Source: a virus. Taken from it: a stretch of 64,000 bases of DNA. Positions 28,970 to 37,732 of the stretch are shown piece after piece. The stretch's first letter is position 1, and each line of letters starts with the position of its first letter. The stretch is from the IMG/VR virus record IMGVR_UViG_3300046519_000214, positions 16,554-80,553 of that record. One strand, given 5' to 3'. The translations under genes and the position numbers were made by a program. Under the pieces are notes generated by a model, which did not search any database, was not told where the DNA came from, and was given only the letters and a program-made list of their open reading frames with translations.

Positions 28970-29035
28970 AAAAAGCACCGGGTTGCCGCCCAGTGCTTGT
29001 TCAAACCTTCAGAGAGCTCTTGAAGCCCCTTCACA
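28970..29035 (-). ncRNA. Predicted counter-transcribed RNA (~60-65 nt) upstream of Rep-like gene
   Basis: Minus-strand TTGACA at 29070-29065 followed by ccTGATTCG; minus-strand terminator aagcactggg-cggcaa-cccggtgctt-ttt ending ~28970. Confidence 0.55.
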
Positions 29036-29124
29036 AGGTCAAAGCTCTCATAAAACGAATCAGGTGTCAACGGGAAATTTGCCGATTTCTCGAACGATAT
29101 CTTATACCTAAGTGAGGTACAGCT

Positions 29125-29913
29125 TTGACGGGAAACCTATTGGTTGCTCTGCAACTCAAACGTGCTATTTCCAAAGCCACAAAACTTCAGGTCTGCACCA
29201 ATCTCTCGAGGATCCTTTGGGATCAGCACCACAAAGGCGAGCTCAGCGACCGGCGAGCTCACCAGCTCGACGCGGCCCTGAAACTACGCCAGACTCTGAT
29301 CCACCAACGGATCATCACGGTGTTCACCGAGATCGAGCGGAAGAAGCCACAGCCCCGGAAGAGGGAGGCGTCGATTGCCCGCCGTCGTGGACTGGTTGCA
29401 GCGGGATTTCTTCCTCCGGAGATCGCTACCCAGTTCACCATGTCTGAGCAGGCGGTCCTCACAACATTGGCGAAGCTGGCTGGTGAGTGCTCTGTCATTC
29501 GTTGCGCCGTCGACGCCATCGCTGCCCGTGCGGCTGTCTCGAGATCCATGGTTCAGAAGACGATCCGGAAAGCCCACGATATGCGGCTGATCGAGCGAAA
29601 GATTCAGAAGCGGAAGGGCGAGAAGAACGACTTCAACCTGATCAGGCTTCTGTGCCCGAAGTGGCTCGGCTGGTTGTCGCGGAGGATAGGGTGGAAAAAA
29701 GAAAGCACCACGAATACTCAAGGTTTATCTACTAAGAGCGCAGCGACCGCAAACCCTTGTATTGCAAGGGAATCAAACCCATATCAACCCGCATGGAAAC
29801 GTATGATTTCCCGTACTTCACCTGGACAACGGAATACCCAGAGTCCTCTCCAAAGGTGCAGCTCGGGCGAGGCTATGAATTTGCAGCCAGACCTCGCGGA
29901 CCTGATCAGGTAA
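29125..29913 (+). CDS. Winged-helix protein resembling alphaproteobacterial plasmid replication initiators
   Basis: gagg RBS plus TTG; LPPEIA..FT..EQAVL, HTH VDAIAARAAVSRSMVQKTIR, N..R....W..WL. Confidence 0.6.
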   Translation: MTGNLLVALQLKRAISKATKLQVCTNLSRILWDQHHKGELSDRRAHQLDAALKLRQTLIHQRIITVFTEIERKKPQPRKREASIARRRGLVAAGFLPPEIATQFTMSEQAVLTTLAKLAGECSVIRCAVDAIAARAAVSRSMVQKTIRKAHDMRLIERKIQKRKGEKNDFNLIRLLCPKWLGWLSRRIGWKKESTTNTQGLSTKSAATANPCIARESNPYQPAWKRMISRTSPGQRNTQSPLQRCSSGEAMNLQPDLADLIR

Positions 29914-30173
29914 AGTACACGCTCCACTACAAGACGATGAAGTTTTACACGGACGAGACTGGCCGTGTCCTCACGGGTATCATGCCCAAGATCAACATCG
30001 CTCGTCTGGAAGAGTTCTACCTGAAGCACAAGCTGTTCGAGAAGTTCATTCTGCCTTTGCCGGGGAAGGGGCTTTTGACCGTTCGCTTCAGCAAGCCGCT
30101 GAAATACCGTGTCGCTGAGGACGGTCAAGGTACTGTCGAATCCTTCGAGATGGAGGTCACGACCCAGCCATGA
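29793..30173 (+). CDS. Distal tail protein (lambda gpM-like)
   Basis: METYDF...V.LG.GY...F...H pattern; position. Confidence 0.7.
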   Translation: METYDFPYFTWTTEYPESSPKVQLGRGYEFAARPRGPDQVKYTLHYKTMKFYTDETGRVLTGIMPKINIARLEEFYLKHKLFEKFILPLPGKGLLTVRFSKPLKYRVAEDGQGTVESFEMEVTTQP

Positions 30174-30661
30174 CGTCGACTGCGCCTCTTGAGCACAAAC
30201 AAGAAGCACAGAAACTCACAGCCGACGCGCTGGTCGATCTCTACACGATCATCCTGAAGAACCAACCGGTCATCTTCCGCTTCAAGACCGACAACACCAC
30301 CACGTGGCAGGGACAGCTTTACGAAGGCATGGCCACACGCATGACCGGCGACACTCGATCGGCGGACGGCGAGGAAAGCCGGCCAATTCTCCAGGTCATG
30401 AACCCGTTCGGGATCTTTAACTCGGCCGCGATCAAGGGCCAGCTCGACCAGGCCACCGTGATCCGTCGTCGCGTCCTCCGCGATCATGTCGAGAAGGATG
30501 TGAACAAATTCGAGCAACGCATGTGGTACGTCGGCCGCATCCGCGAGCTCATCTCCGGACAGAGCATCTCGCTCGAGCTCCGCAACATGACCGAAGGCGC
30601 GAACTTCCAGATTCCGTGCCGCATGTTCATCCCGCCTGAGTTCCCGATGGTGTCGCTCTAA
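30170..30661 (+). CDS. Minor tail protein (gpL-like)
   Basis: LVDLY.I...WQGQLYE; synteny. Confidence 0.7.
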   Translation: MTSTAPLEHKQEAQKLTADALVDLYTIILKNQPVIFRFKTDNTTTWQGQLYEGMATRMTGDTRSADGEESRPILQVMNPFGIFNSAAIKGQLDQATVIRRRVLRDHVEKDVNKFEQRMWYVGRIRELISGQSISLELRNMTEGANFQIPCRMFIPPEFPMVSL

Positions 30662-31149
30662 TGTTGAAATATGAGCACCTGCTGCACCGACCGTTCAGCT
30701 ACAAGAACCAGAACTGCTACCACCTGATCCGCGGCTTCTACGCTGACAACTTCGGCATTCAGCTACCCAACTACGCTGGCCCGAAGGATTTCTGGAACAA
30801 CGATCTCGACCTCTACATGAACCGCTATCGCAAGTGCGGCTTCTATTTGCTCGACTGCCACCCATCCGAATACCAACCAGGTGACGTGATCCTCTGTGGC
30901 ATCGACTCTCCCGTAGCCAACCACGTGGGTGTGTTCGTCGAGAACGGCCAGGTGCTTCATCATCTCTGGGGCCGGCTGTCGACCGTGGAGTCGTATCGGG
31001 CTCTGCTTCGCAACACCACTCTCGCCGTCCTCCGTCACAAGGACGTCAAACTCGAGCAGACCGAGAGCTCTGTGAACCTCCTCGATATTGTTAGCCCGAG
31101 CGTCAAAAGGAAACTCGATGACTTCCTCCGAACTTCTCCACTTGTATGA
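30661..31149 (+). CDS. NlpC/P60 tail tip protein (gpK C-terminal domain)
   Basis: NCY..IR.FY, PGDVIL, NHVGV...LHH. Confidence 0.85.
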   Translation: MLKYEHLLHRPFSYKNQNCYHLIRGFYADNFGIQLPNYAGPKDFWNNDLDLYMNRYRKCGFYLLDCHPSEYQPGDVILCGIDSPVANHVGVFVENGQVLHHLWGRLSTVESYRALLRNTTLAVLRHKDVKLEQTESSVNLLDIVSPSVKRKLDDFLRTSPLV

Positions 31150-31438
31150 GGGCGACAAGGAACGCTGTGGTTTCATCCTGAAGACAGGCGAGATCGTCGA
31201 GTGCGAGAACATCTGCGAGCAGCCAACTGAGGGCTTCGATTTCCGGGGTGAGGATCTCGTCCTTTACACGCCGGTCGCAGCCGCCAGCTGGCACACCCAC
31301 CCTGGCGAGGACTCGAACCTATCTGCCGGCGACTTCCATTCGTTCATCAACTGGCCCGAGCTCGAGCACTACATCATCGGCAATGATGGTGTGACGAAGT
31401 ACGTGGTCGCGGACGGAGATGTTCTCGTTGCGGATTAA
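31118..31438 (+). CDS. JAB/MPN domain tail protein (gpK N-terminal domain)
   Basis: ERCGFI and WHTHP.....LS..D JAMM motif. Confidence 0.85.
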   Translation: MTSSELLHLYEGDKERCGFILKTGEIVECENICEQPTEGFDFRGEDLVLYTPVAAASWHTHPGEDSNLSAGDFHSFINWPELEHYIIGNDGVTKYVVADGDVLVAD

Positions 31439-31988
31439 GGTCATTCTCCACGGCTATTTCGCTGCCTTTCATGATGGCCCGATTGAGATGGTGGGTCACA
31501 CCGTCGCGGACATCATCGAAGGTGTCACACGCCAGGTCAAAGGCTTCCAGCCTGACCCCGTTCGTGGTCGCCATCGCATCAAGATTGTCGGCTTTGATAC
31601 GGAGGAGTCCCTCCACACGCCGATCGAGCCCGACGTCGAATTCATCCATATCGTCCCGCAGCTGAGCGGTGGCAAGAAGGGTGGTCTGCTTCAGATCCTC
31701 CTCGGCGTTGTACTTGTCGGCGTCGGCCTTATGCTGGGCGCTGGCTCGCTCGTCGGCTCGCTTCTGATCAAGGTTGGTGCCTTGGCCCTACTCGGAGGCC
31801 TGACAGCACTCCTGGCCCCGAAGCCTGAGACCGACACGCAAGGGGATAGCACGCGAAAGAGCGGCTATCTCGGCACGCCGAAGAACACGGTGGCGATCGG
31901 TACCCGCATCCCAATCCTCTACGGCAGGCGCCGCGTCTACGGACACTTCCTGTCGTTCGATATCAACGCGATCGAGTACAAACCATAG
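31419..31988 (+). CDS. Tail assembly protein (gpI-like)
   Basis: IHIVPQLSGG, hydrophobic Gly-rich stretch, IPILYG. Confidence 0.85.
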   Translation: MFSLRIKVILHGYFAAFHDGPIEMVGHTVADIIEGVTRQVKGFQPDPVRGRHRIKIVGFDTEESLHTPIEPDVEFIHIVPQLSGGKKGGLLQILLGVVLVGVGLMLGAGSLVGSLLIKVGALALLGGLTALLAPKPETDTQGDSTRKSGYLGTPKNTVAIGTRIPILYGRRRVYGHFLSFDINAIEYKP

Positions 31989-31996
31989 GATCTCTA

Positions 31997-33034
31997 ATGC
32001 GTCCATCTGAAGACCTCATCAAGCAGGCAGTTGGCATGACGGGGGGCTTCAGACCCGCCGCTCGCTATCTGCGGGAGCAGGGCTACGACATCTCCGAGTC
32101 TGGCATCCGTGGGATGAAGAAACGCTGGGACGACAGCGACTTCGAGCTTGTCGACGAGCCAAAACCCTCGATCGACATCGAAGCCCTGGTCGAGCGCCGC
32201 ATCAACCAGTTCGCTCAGAAGCGGGAGAAATTCGAGCGGGAGAAAATCATCCCGGTTCGCGTCAAGCGCGACGGCCCAATCGGCATTGGCTTCTTCGGTG
32301 ACATGCACCTGGACGACGATGGCACAGACCTGGCCCAGGTGCTCGAGCACGTCAATCTCTTCGACGGCCGGAATGAAGGTCTATATGCGGCCAACGTCGG
32401 TGACGTCTTCAACAACTGGGCTGGCCGTCTGGCTCGTCTCTACTCGGAACAGAGCACCTCGGCGGACGAAGCCCTGGCACTGGTCGAGTACGTTCTCCAG
32501 AAGATCGACTGGCTCTATTACACGGACGGCAACCACGATCTGTGGGGGCAGGGTGGCGACATCCTGAAGCACATCCTCGCGAACAACGCTCTGGTCCACA
32601 AGTCGAACAAGGTTCGTCTGCAGCTGCAGCTGCCCAACGGACGTGACGTGAAGATCTATTCGGTCCACGGGTTCCGCGGTAAGTCCATGTGGTCGGAGTC
32701 CTATGGTGCTGCGAAGGCAGCTCAGCTCGACGGCGATCACCACGACATCTACGTCGCCGGCCACATCCACACCTCGGGTTATGCCCATGGCATGCGTCCA
32801 TCATCCTCGCAGATCTGGCACGCTCTCCAGGTCGCCTCGTACAAGAAGATTGACCGCTACGCCGAGGAGCTGAACCTCGACGCCAAGGATCTCTACAATT
32901 GCCCTGTGGCACTCATCGATCCCTACGCGACGAGCGAGATGAACTTCATCCGTTTCGAGTTTGATCCTGGTGAAGCAGCCGAGCGTCTGAAGTGGATGCA
33001 GAACCGCTGGCGCTCTGGAAAAACAGCTCATTAA
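31997..33034 (+). CDS. HTH plus calcineurin-like metallophosphoesterase
   Basis: GDMH, GD, GNHD, HG, GHIH motifs; N-terminal RPAARYL...SESGIR HTH. Confidence 0.85.
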   Translation: MRPSEDLIKQAVGMTGGFRPAARYLREQGYDISESGIRGMKKRWDDSDFELVDEPKPSIDIEALVERRINQFAQKREKFEREKIIPVRVKRDGPIGIGFFGDMHLDDDGTDLAQVLEHVNLFDGRNEGLYAANVGDVFNNWAGRLARLYSEQSTSADEALALVEYVLQKIDWLYYTDGNHDLWGQGGDILKHILANNALVHKSNKVRLQLQLPNGRDVKIYSVHGFRGKSMWSESYGAAKAAQLDGDHHDIYVAGHIHTSGYAHGMRPSSSQIWHALQVASYKKIDRYAEELNLDAKDLYNCPVALIDPYATSEMNFIRFEFDPGEAAERLKWMQNRWRSGKTAH

Positions 33035-33045
33035 TCCCCACTTAA
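33031..33045. promoter_or_regulatory. CtrA-type box upstream of central tail fibre gene
   Basis: TTAA-tccccac-TTAA. Confidence 0.6.
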
Positions 33046-33075
33046 ACCGGTACATAAGAAACGCCGGATAAGTCT

Positions 33076-36000
33076 ATGACAATTCAAGATATCTCCCTTC
33101 GGAAACTTAGCGGTTCGAAGGGAGGATCTAGTTCCAGTCCTAAACAGACAGCCGACTCCCTTTTCGCGACCGATGTGGTCGAAGCACTTTTGGGCATCAG
33201 CGAAGGCCCAATCAAAGGTCTGGAGAACGGCGCCAAATCCTACCTGGTCGGTGAGACCCAACTCCAGGACGACAGCGGCTCCAACAACTTCGAAAACTTC
33301 GAGCTCGTCGACTACAAAGGAAGCGAGCAGGGGGAGGAGATCTACTCCCGTCTTGGTGGCTTCGGCGCGTCCACCACGGTCAACACCGAGATGGCACCCA
33401 ACGTCGCTATCATCCGGCAGGGCACCCATACGGACATCGACTACATTGATTTGCGCTTCGTCATCAACCAGCTGGTGACGCAGAACGACAAGGGCACCTT
33501 TAATCACACCGGCCGCTGGCGCATCGAACACAAACTCGTCAGTGGCCAGTATTGGGAACCCGTCCGGACGCCGAGCGTCAATCCACTCCCGCCGCAAATC
33601 TCTGGCGACAGCTTCGACATCTATTATGGGACTGGTGGAACACCGGCAAAGATCAACGCCTCTCCAGGTGATCGGCCGACTTACTGGGCACCATCGCAGC
33701 CGATCACGACGGCCAACGCTGGCATCTGGTTCGACACCTCGAACAACTATAAGCCAAAGATCTGGGACGGATATAACTGGTATTTCCCAGCCGGTCTCTA
33801 CTTCGCGAGCAATCGCTGGACCTGGTCCGAGGCTTCCTCATGGGGAGGCGATCGGGCCACCAGAGCATTCGTCGGCCCGCAACTCGGCTTCGCTCCTGAG
33901 CAAGGCGACTACTGGCTGCACACGGGCGCCCAGCGTCCATACTTCTTCAACGGCTCGAGCTGGATCCAGGCGGGATCCTCGCTCCGTCCTGGTACCTTCG
34001 GTGAGAACGGGACCGGCGGTGACGTCGTCCTGACGAATGGTGAAATCGCGATCACCGCGAAGACCACTCAACCGTTCCCGAAAGAGCTCCGCATCCCGGT
34101 CGCTCGGGCCAACGAGCCCTACATGTTCCGCGTCACCAAGACCTCTCCGATCGATACGACGGAGAACTTCTTCAGCATCACCTGGGAGTCGTTCCAGGAG
34201 GTGACCGCGAAGAACTACAAGTTCCCGGGTCTCGCCTGCACCCAGGTGATCGCTCGAGCGAGCGAGCAGTTCTCGTCGATCCCGGATTTCTCAGGCATTT
34301 ACCTCGGCCGCATCGTTCGTGTTCCGTCCAACTACAACTCGACGACCCGTGTCTACACCGGGGTCTGGGACGGCACCTGGAAGCTCGCCTACACGAACAA
34401 CCCAGCCTTCGTCGCCAACGATGTTGTGCTGAACGACCGGTATGGCATGAATGCCTACTACCCGATCGTGATCGACAAGTGGGATGTCTATGACGCTGGC
34501 GTCTGGTGCGACACGCGAACGGCGTCTGGGAAACCCCGCTTCACCTTCAACGGTTTGATCTCGGACCCGAAGGGTGGCCGCGACACCATCAATTACATTT
34601 GCGGCATCTTCGCCGGCCGTTTCTTTGACGACGGCAATGGTCAGGGCGTCATCAAGATTGACCGCGATCTCAATCCCGCCGTGGCCTTCACGCCTGAGAA
34701 CGTTGTCGACGGACTTTTCACGTACTCGTTCACCGAGATCTCGACCCGCCACAACGATCTGACGGTCACGTTCACGAATGAGAACCTGGGCTGGCAGGAC
34801 GACCGCCGTCGTGTCTACGACCAGGACCATATTAATAAGTACGGTCGCATCCCGTTCAACTTCGAAGCGATCGCCTGCACCGACGAAGAAGAAGCGATCC
34901 GCCGCGCTCGGTATCATCTGATCACCGGCACGACCGAGACCATGATGGTCAACTTCAAGACCAACCGCATGGGTCTCTATCTCACGCCGTATGATGTTAT
35001 CACCGTCGCGGATGAGGACATGGAAGCTGGCCTCAGCGGACGTGTGAAGAGTGTGACCGGCAAGCGGACGATCAATCTCCGCGACCCACTCTTCCTCGAA
35101 CCTGGCTACTCCTACCAGGTGGGCTTCCAGCGGATCAGCGAGGCGACTGGCGACTTCGTGATGGACAGCCGCGAGCTGACCAATGTCACGGGCGCTGTGA
35201 CCGCTCTGACGACCACTGTGGACTTGCCGGATCTTCCGGACGACGCCGTCTTCACCATCTCCCAGATGAATGGTGATGTGGCACCGCTCGCGTTCCGCGT
35301 CATGTCGATCACGGAAGTGGACGGCGATCCGGACAACGTCGAAATCCAGGCCATGCAGATGAACCGAGCCAAGTGGCTCTACGTCGACGGCTACATTGGT
35401 TCGATCGATGACCTGGATAAGTACGTCCTAGATCAGAAGAAGAAGCCCGAACCTATCACGGATCTGAAGGTGAGGGCGACCAGCCGCTCCGTTGGCGCCC
35501 GCAAGGTCACGACACTCACCCTGGCCTGGAACCCGAGCCCGACGAAGACCGTCACCAAATACAAGATCTCTGGCTCGCGAGACAACGGCCCAATCGCGCT
35601 GCTTGGCGAAGTCCCGGTCCCCCAGTTTGAGTGGGACGACATTCCGGCCGGCGAATATTATTTCGAGGTGACGGCTGTCGACGTGAACGGCTACGCTTCT
35701 GCAGCGGCCATTATCGAGCACCGCCTGATTGGCGACACCCGCGTGGTAGACGGGATCGCCGGTCTCCGGATGATCGACGAGCCGACCGAGACGGACTTCG
35801 AAAGCCGTTCGCCGCTCTTCCAATGGGGTGCATCGAAGGACGACTATTTCAAGCAGTACATCATGCAGATCCGCGATCTGAGCGATCTCGTGATCCGCGA
35901 GGAAATCCTCGACCGCACGTGGTACACCTACGAGTACACGGTCAATATGAACGACGGCGGTGGAACGCCTCGTCGTGCCTTCAAGATCGCCATCGCGACC

Positions 36001-36882
36001 GAGGACCAGTTCGGGTTCAGGTCCGACTTCGTCACACTGGCCGTCAAGAACGATGCACCGGCAGCTCCTGCCACCCAGAGCGTCGAGGTTCTCTACGAAG
36101 CTGCCGTCGTCCATTATGACGTGCCGCCGATCCGCGACTTCCGCGGCGTCGTGGTCCATGCCTCATTGACGGACAGCTTCACGCCAGATGACAGCAACCT
36201 CGTCTACAAGGGACCGAACAACAACGTCGCGATCCCGCTCGAGGCCGACAACACCTGGTACTTCAAGCTGGCGTTCTACGACTTGTTCGAGGACGATTCC
36301 GATCTCAACTTCGGCAACCAGATGATGCTCGAGATCCCGCTTCCGAGCGGTGGCGTGGGTGACGAGATTCCGCCGGAACCTCCGACAAGCCTGTCGGTCG
36401 CACCTGGCTTCAAGATCCTGGTCGCCAACTGGGTGAATCCGTCCGACTCCGATATCTCGTACATTGAGCTGTTCACCAATACGGTCAACGACGTGACGAC
36501 GTCCACGTTCGGCGGCAATGCTTCAGGCACCCGTGGCGTGATCATTGGCCTGAGCGCCAGTGTGAAATATTGGGTCTGGGCACGAGCCGTCGACAAGTCT
36601 GGGAACCGTTCGGTATTCACGTCAACCGAAGTCTTCGGAACACCGCTGGCGCTCGGCGCGACCGAGATCTCGGACGATGCCATCAAAACGAATCATCTTG
36701 ATGCAGGAAGCGTCACTGCGGAGCAGCTCGCGGCTGGATCTGTCACCGCTGCGAAACTAAGTGTGTCTTCACTATCGACCGTCACCGCAAACATGGGTGA
36801 TTTGACCGCGGGCGTGGCTCGATCGGCAAACAACAAGATGCGGATCGAGCTCGACAACACCAGGATTCTAATCGCGGACTAA
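33076..36882 (+). CDS. Tip attachment/central tail fibre protein (gpJ-like) with FN3 domains
   Basis: ISEGPIKGL, VPSNY...YTGVWDGTWK.AYTNNPA, FN3-like repeats. Confidence 0.92.
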   Translation: MTIQDISLRKLSGSKGGSSSSPKQTADSLFATDVVEALLGISEGPIKGLENGAKSYLVGETQLQDDSGSNNFENFELVDYKGSEQGEEIYSRLGGFGASTTVNTEMAPNVAIIRQGTHTDIDYIDLRFVINQLVTQNDKGTFNHTGRWRIEHKLVSGQYWEPVRTPSVNPLPPQISGDSFDIYYGTGGTPAKINASPGDRPTYWAPSQPITTANAGIWFDTSNNYKPKIWDGYNWYFPAGLYFASNRWTWSEASSWGGDRATRAFVGPQLGFAPEQGDYWLHTGAQRPYFFNGSSWIQAGSSLRPGTFGENGTGGDVVLTNGEIAITAKTTQPFPKELRIPVARANEPYMFRVTKTSPIDTTENFFSITWESFQEVTAKNYKFPGLACTQVIARASEQFSSIPDFSGIYLGRIVRVPSNYNSTTRVYTGVWDGTWKLAYTNNPAFVANDVVLNDRYGMNAYYPIVIDKWDVYDAGVWCDTRTASGKPRFTFNGLISDPKGGRDTINYICGIFAGRFFDDGNGQGVIKIDRDLNPAVAFTPENVVDGLFTYSFTEISTRHNDLTVTFTNENLGWQDDRRRVYDQDHINKYGRIPFNFEAIACTDEEEAIRRARYHLITGTTETMMVNFKTNRMGLYLTPYDVITVADEDMEAGLSGRVKSVTGKRTINLRDPLFLEPGYSYQVGFQRISEATGDFVMDSRELTNVTGAVTALTTTVDLPDLPDDAVFTISQMNGDVAPLAFRVMSITEVDGDPDNVEIQAMQMNRAKWLYVDGYIGSIDDLDKYVLDQKKKPEPITDLKVRATSRSVGARKVTTLTLAWNPSPTKTVTKYKISGSRDNGPIALLGEVPVPQFEWDDIPAGEYYFEVTAVDVNGYASAAAIIEHRLIGDTRVVDGIAGLRMIDEPTETDFESRSPLFQWGASKDDYFKQYIMQIRDLSDLVIREEILDRTWYTYEYTVNMNDGGGTPRRAFKIAIATEDQFGFRSDFVTLAVKNDAPAAPATQSVEVLYEAAVVHYDVPPIRDFRGVVVHASLTDSFTPDDSNLVYKGPNNNVAIPLEADNTWYFKLAFYDLFEDDSDLNFGNQMMLEIPLPSGGVGDEIPPEPPTSLSVAPGFKILVANWVNPSDSDISYIELFTNTVNDVTTSTFGGNASGTRGVIIGLSASVKYWVWARAVDKSGNRSVFTSTEVFGTPLALGATEISDDAIKTNHLDAGSVTAEQLAAGSVTAAKLSVSSLSTVTANMGDLTAGVARSANNKMRIELDNTRILIAD

Positions 36883-37331
36883 TGACCAACAGAATTATCC
36901 TCGGCGCCTTCGAAGGCACATATGTCCTAAGAGCCTCCAAGCCAGGTTACAATGTTCTCGATCCTGCCCTGACCAAGGAGCAGCTGGCCTTCGATAGCCG
37001 TTACTTCACCGCCATGCGTGTCCTTTCCCAGGGAACTGTCCAAGGTCTCCTGGAATGGGCCGACATGGTCGGATGGTCCTGGTTCGGGGCCTCACCAATC
37101 TATCTAGGCGGCAGCTGGGATGCGAACGAGCTCCCCACCATGGTTGTCGCGCCACGTTGCAACTTCAGCAACGATATAATCGGTCAGGCCCAGATCGGTG
37201 GCCTCTTCTCTTCTGGAGGCTATGACGCCACAGGCAAGACCTTGGGATTTGGTGCCACAGCCGCCTGGTATCCTCCTGATCGAGTCACCCGCACGTACGG
37301 ATGGTTCGACTACTGGATTGTGAAACCGTAA
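36882..37331 (+). CDS. Small tail-tip protein, paralog 1
   Basis: NRIILG...SKPGYNV...FDS. Confidence 0.65.
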   Translation: MTNRIILGAFEGTYVLRASKPGYNVLDPALTKEQLAFDSRYFTAMRVLSQGTVQGLLEWADMVGWSWFGASPIYLGGSWDANELPTMVVAPRCNFSNDIIGQAQIGGLFSSGGYDATGKTLGFGATAAWYPPDRVTRTYGWFDYWIVKP

Positions 37332-37732
37332 TGGTAGGTCGCGTCCTCCTCGGTAAGCGGGGCACTGAATATGGATTGTGGATCACCAAACCTGGCAAGG
37401 AAGTTCAGACCGCCACACTGGACAGCGACTTTCTGCTTCGGGTCGACACCAAGATGGTGCAGGTGGTCCAGAGTGGGGTCATTCCTCAAACCGCCGGTGG
37501 CTTCACACCAACCGTCGTGAACATTCCGAACCTTGGCTTCAAGCCCGTCGTCGAGTTCGAGAGCGTCGGTTGGTACGAGGTTGTTTGCCAGTATCTGAGT
37601 TGGACTCAAATCTATTTCATCCAATCACCTAACGGTGGTGATGGAAGCCTGGGCAATCGCTTCACCCCCGCAGGCAGTGCGGCCCAGAGATATATCCGCT
37701 ATCGAGTTTGGAGCTTGCCCGCCGTTGCCTAA
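37331..37732 (+). CDS. Small tail-tip protein, paralog 2
   Basis: GRVLLG...TKPGKEV. Confidence 0.65.
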   Translation: MVGRVLLGKRGTEYGLWITKPGKEVQTATLDSDFLLRVDTKMVQVVQSGVIPQTAGGFTPTVVNIPNLGFKPVVEFESVGWYEVVCQYLSWTQIYFIQSPNGGDGSLGNRFTPAGSAAQRYIRYRVWSLPAVA

